DNA of 64,000 nt, taken from the NCBI GenBank assembly GCA_905331295.1, contig CAJNYD010000203.1, forward strand, positions 1 through 64,000, in the 5' to 3' direction. Each line of letters starts with the position of its first letter. Position 1 is the stretch's first letter. Shown one piece after another: positions 1 through 9,478 of the stretch. The position numbers were made by a program, and so were the translations under genes. Source of the DNA: Rotaria socialis. Its lineage: Eukaryota. Below the pieces are notes generated by a model, which was not told where the DNA came from, did not search any database, and was given only the letters and a program-made list of their open reading frames with translations.

Positions 1-651
1 CGAGAGCAGTTTGTTATTCAACAACCTTATCTGAATTCGAAGAAGAAATACGACAAATCAAACTCATGTTTCTCTATAATGGGTAAGTGTTCGGTATTCA
101 GTCACGTTTCTCATTCTTTGTATCTAATTTACAGGTACCCATCAAGACATATCCATTGGGGACTCACTACATTATTCAGTAAATATTTATCAAAGTATTT
201 CATTTTGCCTATGTTCAATAACTCTGATGACTTCGATTATTTACGTCATCAGTTATTGACAGTATCAACAGCTACAGCATACGATAAAGTAACCAGAACC
301 TCAACTACCAATCAAATTCATGACAAAAACATACAGAACCATATTCAACAACCTACAAAGAACAACGAATTAATAAAAGGAAAAAGTCTCATAATTCATC
401 ATAGACATGAAAAACGACTCCGGCACACTCGCCCACAGATTCACGAACTATGAAACCGTGTTTTTCATGAAACAGAAGTTATCGATACTGCTCTTATGGT
501 CGGAACATATCTCAATCAGAATTTGAAACAAGAATTGAGCGCAAGAATGATCAAGCATATTCAAAGTGCTGGAAGCGATCAAGAGGGCCAAACGCAACGT
601 CCGCCAGATAAACAAGCAGCGAATATTCAATCGAAACAAAGAAGTCACTAA
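1..651 (+). mobile_element. 3' part of a Penelope-like (Athena-type) reverse transcriptase, thumb/C-terminal region; intron-containing, with a premature stop
   Basis: Frame from nt 3 reads RAVCYSTTLSEFEEEIRQIKLMFLYNG. A GT-AG intron at 83-134 (gtaagt...tttacag) joins it to YPSRHIHW..., giving the PLE thumb motif LYNGYP. After TGA at 451-453 the frame continues NRVFHETEVIDTALMVGTYLNQNLKQEL, resembling bdelloid Athena C-termini. No GIY-YIG follows. Confidence 0.8.
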
Positions 652-1184
652 CTTAGTATATTTCACATTCTGTGTTGCTATTGATGAATAAAAATAAACA
701 TAACTCTATTGAAAGAAAATATGAAAAGTAATACGAGATCGTAAACAGTCTACGTTGTAAAAACCACATCTGCTATAATTACCATATTAGCTGCATCCGT
801 AGCAGCACAGTCAGGAACGTATACATGAATAAATACCAAAAACGATTAACATCAAAATCATCCCCTCAATCACATTTCCGAATCAACTATTCAATCGAGT
901 CGATAGACAAAGGGAAAACAGGAGAATCTCAATGTCACAAAACAAATTTAAGAAAAACAGAAGACCGCCACTCATCAGAGAGGCCAAGAGATACACCAAC
1001 TATTGTATCATCCTTCATTCCCACACGCCATGCATATTAATACAATTTCCAAACTCACATAAATATCAACAGCTCATCCCCAAACCCATTCTCAACCAAT
1101 TTCAAATCATGAAATCCTCTCCGTAGCAATGTAAAGTAAAAGATGTTTTCGGTTCTTTGAATCATGGAACAGTTACAAAGATGA

Positions 1185-1230
1185 AGCCATCTGATGAGTC
1201 CCTTAAGCAAAAACGAAACCGGTCATGGCT
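1185..1230 (+). ncRNA. Minimal type I hammerhead ribozyme (PLE-associated)
   Basis: Stem I AGCCAT (1185-1190) pairs with ATGGCT (1225-1230). Core CTGATGA 1191-1197, GAAA 1215-1218, palindromic stem III ACCGGT, GTC cleavage triplet ending 1224. Stem II is eroded (GTCC...AAAC). Confidence 0.85.
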
Positions 1231-1441
1231 GCTGAATTTAAAAACACACCCTCAAGATGGAATCCTTTTTTTGTCTACGAAACCCTTTGAGATTCGGTAA
1301 TGTGACCATTTTTTTCAGTGTATGCTAAGAAGCATTTTAAAAAATTAGATTTTTTTCTTGTTTAGTAAATTTGTTGTTCATTAAAAGTTATGGCGATTAT
1401 TAAAATGGACGATTGTTATTTTCATTCATGATCGGCTTGGT

Positions 1442-2362
1442 TCAAGTGTCATTGTCTGTGTCCGTCGCGTCTGTGTCCGTCGCGTCTGTGTCCGTCGCGT
1501 CTGTGTCCGTCGCGTCTGTGTCCGTCGCGTCTGTGTCCGTCGCGTCTGTGTCCGTTGTCATAGCTTCTTGGAAATGTTCGAACTTCCTCATAGGATATGT
1601 TGGAAGAGCTGTTGAACCAAGCGTAATCTTGTAAATTTTATTTTCTCTGTATTTGACCGAACGTTGCTCCCTTTCAAACACATATTGTCGTGCGTCTTTA
1701 GCATGCTTTGACGACTTTGGTCCGTATGTGAGTCGATGTACATATTTATTGCCATAACGACGAAACTTCTTTTCGGAATCATTAAAACGTCGTTTTTGAA
1801 TCAAACGATAACCAGCAGACTGGCTAGCATTAACCATACCGTACACGTATCCATGCCAATATTTACGATGATCATCGGCTGTCTTTTTTTCGTCGCCAGG
1901 GAGACATACAAGTGTCAAAAGTACGCGATGACCCACATCTTGTACCTTTGCAGCAGATTGAAAAAAATCTCTCAGCATTTTCAGTGTGCCAAGTATATCT
2001 GTACATGGAAAATTGAAATATACTCGATGAAATTGCTGCCTCTTATAGTGTACATGCAGTTGTGTTGCGTCAATTTCAAACTGAATTGTCACATTGGGTT
2101 TCTTCTCCAAATAACGAAGCCTTCGTTGAATGCCGTCATTCTTATACAATCTAATAGTATCTTCCTTTGAGCGCAGCTCAGTAGCGATGATTTCCTCACG
2201 GGTAAAAGCATGCTTCTCTAAAAGTGCGTCCGTAAAAGAAAAGTCCCCTTCACCAACCAGTAGTCTTGTTTTTTTCACAGAAGAATTGTTATTAGTAGCA
2301 GGCGAGTCGTCAGAAGCCGTTGTTGTTTTTCTCGTAAATGAATGATTATTACCAGTTGACAT
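1442..2362 (-). CDS. DUF2431 / BMT5-like (rRNA uridine-N3 methyltransferase-like) Rossmann-fold protein with an acidic (TDTDA)n tail, intronless
   Basis: Motifs LLVGEGDFSF, IIATEL, IDATQL and FHRVYFNFP are typical of the BMT5/FDXACB1 N-terminal domain. First ATG is at 2362. Confidence 0.8.
   Translation of the reverse strand: MSTGNNHSFTRKTTTASDDSPATNNNSSVKKTRLLVGEGDFSFTDALLEKHAFTREEIIATELRSKEDTIRLYKNDGIQRRLRYLEKKPNVTIQFEIDATQLHVHYKRQQFHRVYFNFPCTDILGTLKMLRDFFQSAAKVQDVGHRVLLTLVCLPGDEKKTADDHRKYWHGYVYGMVNASQSAGYRLIQKRRFNDSEKKFRRYGNKYVHRLTYGPKSSKHAKDARQYVFEREQRSVKYRENKIYKITLGSTALPTYPMRKFEHFQEAMTTDTDATDTDATDTDATDTDATDTDATDTDATDTDNDT
1454..1555. repeat. 15-bp tandem repeat (GTCTGTGTCCGTCGC), ~6.5 copies, encoding TDTDA on the minus strand
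   Basis: Near-perfect copies are directly visible. Confidence 0.95.
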
Positions 2363-2629
2363 TCTGCAATATATCCAAGCGGACAAACTTTTAGAAGAAT
2401 GCTCAAATGAGACCTGCGATTGATAAATGTGTACACACAATAAATGAAACACAAAAAATTACTTTTAGCTGAAAAAATATAAAAGTAGTCAAATAGAAAA
2501 CTTTTCCGTCCAAAAAAACGCCTTAAGCATTCCTTTGATTTCTTTTGCGACGCTTTTCAACCATATTAGCCGTCTCTCGCGTGAAAAGCGTTGGAAAAAA
2601 CCAGAAGCTTTCTCCCCATCTTATTCTTT

Positions 2630-2752
2630 CCTCTTTTCTTCTTTCATAATTTCTTCTTTCATCTTTTCTTCTTTCATCTTTTCTTCTTTCATCTTTTCTT
2701 CTTTCATCTTTTCTTCTTTCATCTTTTCTTCTTTCATCTTTTCTTCTTTCAA
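2630..2752. repeat. 15-bp tandem repeat (TCTTTTCTTCTTTCA), ~8 copies, reading (RRKDE)n on the minus strand
   Basis: Directly visible, inside ORF 2523-2915(-). Coding status is uncertain. Confidence 0.9.
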
Positions 2753-3504
2753 TATTTTCTTTTTCACTTATTCCATCATTTTTCTCTCCGGAATAATATG
2801 TTGTTCTACGTGTAACAGCGATGTCTTCTAATTTCCAAACATAAAATCGACAATAATGAATTGTTTTATTTGAGCTGAATTTCAAGCTAAAAAATAACTC
2901 ATTTTTCTCTTTCAAAAATTTTAATACATCAAAAAGTTAAATATTTAATATTTTCGTTTGTTTTTAAAATATTGAAGATCTGGTCTTGGGTTCAATAATA
3001 TGCAATTTATAGAGTACGCTAAAGTTTTGTGGAACTTTGTTCTTTTAGTAAACTCTAATGTATAGGCAGCGCTGAACGAGCCATATCGAATATGTACGCC
3101 TGGAAGCAGCAGGATTCCATGATTTCCCAATGAATTTCGGGAGCAGAATTCAGAAACCAGATCCGACGGCAGATTTTGACTTAGCTCCAGTTGATTCCGG
3201 TGTCCATAATGAATCTTTGGATACGGTTGCCGTTTCCCATACATTCCGATCTTTTTTTCGAAATGATAAGATACGGTTCATATGCGATCGTTCTACCGTT
3301 ACCCGTAAATATTGAAGACCACCATAGGATCGGACCATCAGGCATCGTTCGGAATTTGTGATAATCCTCTCAATTCCATTGATAACTTAGCACAGATAAA
3401 TAGATCGAGTACCATTCCACTATACGAGATACGCGGTGCCGTCACGAATTGTCTCTTAATCATTGATCATATACTACCACTCTGTACTATATTATCAATG
3501 AGTA

Positions 3505-3890
3505 CATTACCCGTATTAAAAGGGTGTGGGTGTGGGTCTGGGTCTAGGTGTGAGTGTGATTATTCTGCCCAAGTACACACGTCCGCAGAAGCACAGCCAC
3601 AGACATGCACCAACCAGACCCAGACCCAGACCCACACCAACACCCACATCCAACATTACAACTTATAATATTTCACCTAAGAAAAGGGTTGAAAAGAATA
3701 ATAAAGTGACAAATAAATGTCACATGGCATCATCCATACGACAACAATCGTCATGTATGCACATCTGGCTAATTTAAATCAGTTTCGTAAAACCTTCAGG
3801 TATGGATGAGGGTGGGTGCGCTTGTGCGCATTAACTTCAATCGGAGTCGTATCCCGTACCCACACACCCACACCCCAATTCAAAAGTGAT
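3505..3890. repeat. MITE-like segment with inverted arrays of GGGTGT/GGGTCT and ACACCC/AGACCC hexamers
   Basis: G-strand arrays at 3522-3558 and ~3800-3820; C-strand arrays at 3615-3649 and ~3853-3877. No TSD resolved. Confidence 0.5.
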
Positions 3891-4790
3891 TGGTTATTTA
3901 ACAAAGTTTCCTCTTAAGATAAAACTCTCTATTAAAGACATCGTATAGAAATATGAATATTAGAAGCAAATTGGCAATGATGTTCTTTGTATTATGAATC
4001 TTTAAATATTGTTCTTTCAATATCACAGAGTTGTCAGTATTAATCATGCGTGATTGAACTATAAAGTACGATAGGATTGATTTTGTCATCAAGAATAAGA
4101 GAAGAGGATTATCAGTGTGCTTTTGTTTTAAATTGATTAGTTCTTATTTGTTGAGCACAATGGATTTTCTGATCAAACGATGACACTAATTCTAATTCAT
4201 CAATATATTGTATAACGACAAATTGGATGGAATAGCTTACTACAGTTTCTGGAATGATATTTATTCAGCTACTCATATCTCTAGAATGTGACTACTTTAC
4301 ATAGAATACATGCTTCCAGATGCGAGAGAACAGAGAGATAGGTCACAGTAGGCAATGATATCAATATCGGCACACATAGAAAAAAAGAATTAAAAGAGAC
4401 AACTATTTAAAGTACTTCAACCTATCTAACAGATTGTGGCAAACACTTAGGAGAATGGTTCTATTCTTGAAACTTTGAAAGATGTTAAAAAAATTTCTTC
4501 GAGTTGCTCTGTCTATAAAATAACAACAATTTTCTAAATGTTAGCTCTATGTATAGAATACAGTTTAATTAATGCTATGGTGTGGGTGCGGGTACCTGTG
4601 AATAGAGACGGATGTCGTTGAACTATAGAATCTTATCCACACCCTAATTGATCATGATTTTCTTCGAGCAGTTATCAAATGAGATTTTTTTAATATTCAG
4701 AGAAAAGCCTCTGGAAATATTTCATAGCTCATATTATCAGTTAAGTTATACGACTGATGATTGCCTGAAATGAAGATCGAGAAAATGCTA

Positions 4791-5441
4791 TTAATCGGCA
4801 TCGGCTATTTCGGCCAAAATATCACCATGACATGCTTCCGGTTTACACCAGCAGGCAATGGTACGACCTCGAAGTTCGATTTTTGCACGAGCCAATAGTT
4901 CAGGCTGACTCATGATCCAAGCACGATATTTTCGAATGCGATCTGCTTTATCTCCATCTCTACCGATAACAAAAGGATTACCCCAAATTGATGGTCGGCC
5001 AATATACGCGTCGTAGTTCGACTTTTTACAATGTACGACACACGTTTTTTGTTCACTTTTCAAAGTAGAATCAACTGATTCCACTGTAGCAGTAGTAGTA
5101 GCAGTAGAAATTGTAGTTGAGGGAAATGTAGTTTTGGATTCATTTGGTGAAATTTTCAATTTTCGTCCATTCAATGAACTTCCACTGAGTGTCAACGCAA
5201 TCTCGTACGCTACCAAAGTATTGAATTGTACAAAACCGAAACCGCGACTTTGACCCGTTTGATTATTACAAATAATACGAACTGTGGTGACATGACCGCA
5301 TGTTTTGTCAAAGAATGAACGAAGCTCCTGTTCATTGGTCCCGTAAGAAATATTTCTGGCAAAGACCGACCAAGTTGAATCTCGCGACCGATTGGACTGG
5401 TGTGATATTTGCTTTGATTGGGAGTAAAAATTAGTTGCCAT
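4791..5441 (-). CDS. RRM + DUF4326 fusion protein, intronless in the visible part
   Basis: RNP2 VFARNI and RNP1 RGFGFVQF, a Thr-rich linker, then VVHCKK..YDAYIGRPSIWGNPF..G.DG...LRGRTIACWCKPEACHGDILAE, the DUF4326 signature. The N-terminus is uncertain because the same frame continues upstream through stops. Confidence 0.85.
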   Translation of the reverse strand: MATNFYSQSKQISHQSNRSRDSTWSVFARNISYGTNEQELRSFFDKTCGHVTTVRIICNNQTGQSRGFGFVQFNTLVAYEIALTLSGSSLNGRKLKISPNESKTTFPSTTISTATTTATVESVDSTLKSEQKTCVVHCKKSNYDAYIGRPSIWGNPFVIGRDGDKADRIRKYRAWIMSQPELLARAKIELRGRTIACWCKPEACHGDILAEIADAD

Positions 5442-6514
5442 ATGAGTAACGAAATAATCAATGTGTCCTTTCCAATGATTGCAGCATTTTCTTTTATATT
5501 GCCGATTCTATTTTTCAAGACTTGTGCAATTACATTTTTGTTCTTCAACGTTACTTCAGCATTCATGATTCACTGTAGTAATGGTCTTGTCGTTACTGTT
5601 GTTAATGAACGCGTTATGTGCCCCATTTCCAAGCGTTCCGTTCTCAAGGAACAGGAACGCATCACAAAATGTGTTTTCAAAAGCCATTAGAGGAACTAAC
5701 ATGTTTATTCGATTTTGCTTAGTAGGCATCCATCATCAGAGATATTGTTAGAATCTTGAACTACATGAAAAACAAGAGTTATATGAGTTAGCAAACNNNN
5801 NNNNNNGCAAACGAGTTTAATGAGAATTAAATAAATATCACTAAGGAACTTTTAAATAGGGTAAATTAAGAATGTATCTAAAATGTGTTCGAAATATATA
5901 AAAGGTTTTCAGCTATATTGCAGCTAATATAATAACGCATATGTTTAACACTCAAACTCGTTATATTTACTCAATTCAATAAAAGAGAGAGAGAGAGTTC
6001 TTCATCAATTCGGTATGTTGGAGAGATATTTTGATATTTTGTACAGTTTGTTTTTCTTGCGACTTTATTTTAATAATGTATCAATTGCTCTTTTGAAAAA
6101 TAACAAAAGATAAAAAACTCGGGACGGTGTGAATCGTCTATTTAGACTCACGTCTAGAATTCAACGTTTATGTGATAATATTCAGTCCATTGTCGTCCGG
6201 TTGCACATTTTATTTCAAATGTTGACATTATCTAAAGTGTGGTTTTGTCGAAGATAATGAAAAACCAAGTTAGAGATTATGAAGTAAATTTTTACCTAGT
6301 GGAAATAAAGCTAATAATATTTTTTTTCTTCTTCTAACAGATCGATTAATAACTGGTATCGAAGATTTACCATACGAAATACTTTATGAAGTCTTAAATT
6401 ATTTCAACGGTCATGAACAAGTTGAAGAATTTTCCAACCTCAATTATCAATTCATTGTTCAAATGATATAATATTTCTTAGTGCTAATTGATGGGGAAAA
6501 TGAATTGTACATAA

Positions 6515-7904
6515 CAGAGATGTCCACAGGGCAACTTTTTGCACCCTGTCTGCTCTGCCCTGCCCTGTTGAAAAAAAATGAATAAATTTAAGATGCGTCT
6601 TGCCCCTGTCCTGCCCTGTCGGTTTTCAGCAGGGCAGGGCAGGGTACCCTGCTGAATTGAAATAGTGTCTGTGTTGTAATTTTTAATACATTTCAAAATA
6701 AAAAGGCATGCTTCTCATTGTACCATAGAACAGTATTTTGTTTTAGAGCCAGCTCAGGCAAGCCACGATGGGCCCTTCTTAATCAACGGTGGTCGATTTA
6801 ATCGATACTTTTATAATGATAGATGCAAGCGTTTGATGAATTCATGCGAAAACTGTTTCAAAAAATCTTGTTCCATTCTTGAAACATTAGATTTTTCTGA
6901 GACCTATACTTCTTAAAGAAAATATTCATTTTGCTTGAAATTTCCAATGTAGATCTATATTTAGTTGAGGTGGTTTCCCTGAAAATATGAGCTCAAACTG
7001 ATCGATTATTGATGAATTGACCTCAAGTACCAGTAACATTGAAAAAATTCTGTTTTTTTTATATGGAATCCTCATGAAAAATGTGATTTCTCCATCACCA
7101 TGATTTTGATGAAAATCGCATTTTTACAACGGCTTCCGATCGATGAGGACTAACAGGAGAGCTAAATTTTTTATCAGACTTAGTCAAGGTGATCTCTGTG
7201 GTTAAAATTTTAGCTCGCCAGTGTTATCTACTAAATGAAAATGTACACCCACAAAATACAAAAAAAACAAAATGTTTTCAATGTTACCGGTGCTCGAGGT
7301 CAACTTATCAATAATCGATCAGTTTGAGCTCATATTTTCAGGGAAAATATCTGAACTAACGATAGATCTATATTGAAAATTTCAAGCAACATGAACATTT
7401 TCTTGAAGAGGTATAAGTCTCAAAAAAATCACGAATCTGTTAATTTTTGAATCGGATGCTCTTAGAAAAATTTTATTATCTCGAGAATAGAACAAAATAT
7501 TTTGAAATGGCTTGTGTGGAAGTGGAAACTCATGAAACACTTGTCTCCATCGAGTGTAAAAAACGAGTCAACCGGCGACTATTGATTGAGCAGCTTCAGT
7601 GGAAACGGGTCGTGACTTATATGAACCAGATCAGATAGAGAAATTTCTGACTATCAGTTTGTGTCGTTCTCTGGAGTCTATTTTCTTATCTTTGAGTCTT
7701 GCGAACTGAAGGAAAAATTTCTTCAGTACGGAAATCCAAACAGCTAGGTTTTCACTTTGCAGGGTATAAGGTCTCACCCCGTCCTGTCCTGCAATTTCCC
7801 TGGTCTACCCTGTTCCTATTTAGGGCAGGGCAAATTTTATTTTCCCCCCTGTTCCTGCTCAGGGCAGGACAGGGCAAGGTAACCTTGTCCTGTGGACATC
7901 TCTG
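6515..7904. mobile_element. Non-autonomous hAT-type DNA transposon
   Basis: 16-bp perfect TIR CAGAGATGTCCACAGG / CCTGTGGACATCTCTG; 8-bp TSD GTACATAA at 6507-6514 and 7905-7912; subterminal CCCTG/CAGGG repeats. Confidence 0.92.
6893..7427. repeat. Internal ~150-bp imperfect inverted repeat (possible nested foldback/MITE)
   Basis: ~6893-7045 is the reverse complement of ~7275-7427, e.g. CCCTGAAAATATGAGCTCAAACTGATCGATTATTGAT. Confidence 0.8.
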
Positions 7905-9478
7905 GTACATAATTATCGGAAATCGGAAAGATTCTATTTTTACCCATTATGATCGTATGGAAAATGCTAAACAAAATCAACTATATTCTGGACCAGTAAA
8001 TGGATTTTCTTCATCATTTTAGATTGAACGAAGATGGATATTCGATGTTGAAATTAATAATACAGAGATCGCATATATGATTTGTCCCCTACAGTATATC
8101 GATGAATATTTTGTATAGAAAACAATGGAATGATTTTTTTAGAAGAGAAGAATATTAAATACTCTACATCTACTTTAATATTGACAAGTTGTATTAGTTT
8201 TCCATATGATGAAATTATATTCGAAAAAATCACACATGCCTTTAGCCATCACTCAAATTTATCATTTAATGACATTCTGGAAAAGCATAGATCGGTTTCT
8301 GTAATAATTCTATTGCTTTACTCATTACCTGATTTAACTAAGGGCAAGCTTTCTTTCATTATCACCTGATGATAAAACAGAATTAACTCGCACAGAAGTT
8401 CATCATTTGTATCAACTGTTGGACAAAGGTAAAGTAAAGAAAGTTTCTCTTGAAGAAATCGATCAAATTCGACATTTGGTTATTATAATGACATTTTATT
8501 TAAAAGTTGCTTTGAACATAATCCATGATAGTCGGAATCATTATCTTCGCACATTATGTTTTCAGTTACCAGGAGCAGACGAAGAAATGTGCGGGATCAC
8601 TCCTACAAATTTCATTTAAACGTATACTGAATAGTTTCTGTATACAGTGGACATAAAAAAAAATGACTTATGATAAACTTTGTTTTTTTTTATATGTACA
8701 ATTAATACATAATTGAATTAAAAGAAAGATAGAGGAGTGTGGTGCAATTCTAATTATAAATCCATGTATCTTACACAGGACAGCTGGAATTGATTTTTCT
8801 CATCGATTAGATGACATTATACTATAATACAGGAGAACAACCTCTACAATCGGTAACAATCTTTTCTTGATAGATAAGTTTATAGAAAAAAAATGATATT
8901 GATAATATGAATAAAATTATGAATATTGTTGCGCAATTGTGCAAGATAAGGCATGAACTCAGCAGAGTTACCTATCTATAGGTATAGGTACGTTTATGTA
9001 AATGATGACCCTTGTATAACATTTACTCTTTAACTTCGTTTACTTGATAGTAGAGAAGTACTAATGTAGAAGATTGAATGTCTTTGGTTTTATCTTCTAA
9101 ACTCGCATCATCGATAAAATTGTTTGACTAAACCAACTAACAAACCATCAATTTGCTTCTTTATTCAAAATTTTATTTTCATTAAACTCAGGAAAGAAAT
9201 AATGATGGTCTGTAATCCTGTCAGATATGTATGGATGGCTGGAAAATTTTGAACATATGCATTCGAGTCTCTGAAGTGGATTCAAGAGAATGCGAACAGT
9301 TTGATGATTTTTCTATTTCCGTTTATTAATTTTAATTTACTGAAATTCACGCGGCTTCATTTTTTAAATATTTTTACTAATTATCTATCCAAAAAGAAAC
9401 ACAATAAATGAATTAAATTCGTGCTGAAAATTTCAAAAAAATATAAATCAAAAATAATACTAAAATTAACAATAAATA

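Larger units (their letters stand above)
6340..8650 (+). pseudogene. Degraded F-box-domain gene interrupted by a hAT-type element
   Basis: ITGIEDLPYEILYEVLNYFNGHEQVEEFSNLNYQF at ~6349-6453 is an F-box-like start. Downstream fragments (IERRWIFDVEI, LRTLCFQLPGADEEM) carry stops and frameshifts. Confidence 0.6.

Noticed and set aside
1413..2345. Plus-strand ORFs (VASVS repeat, 1736-2170, 2130-2345)
   Set aside because: These are antisense shadows of the methyltransferase gene and its 15-bp repeat.
2945..3480. GATCCG/CGGATC-rich segment and several short ORFs
   Set aside because: Probably a decayed transposon end, but no TIR, TSD or protein motif could be fixed.
5210..5690. ORFs 5210-5566(-) and 5418-5690(+) overlapping the RRM gene
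   Set aside because: Alternative-frame overlaps with no recognisable motifs.
5442..5760. Idea that the upstream stops reflect targeted C-to-T hypermutation
   Set aside because: Every stop codon is one C-to-T change from a Gln or Arg codon, so this is not evidence without an intact homologue.
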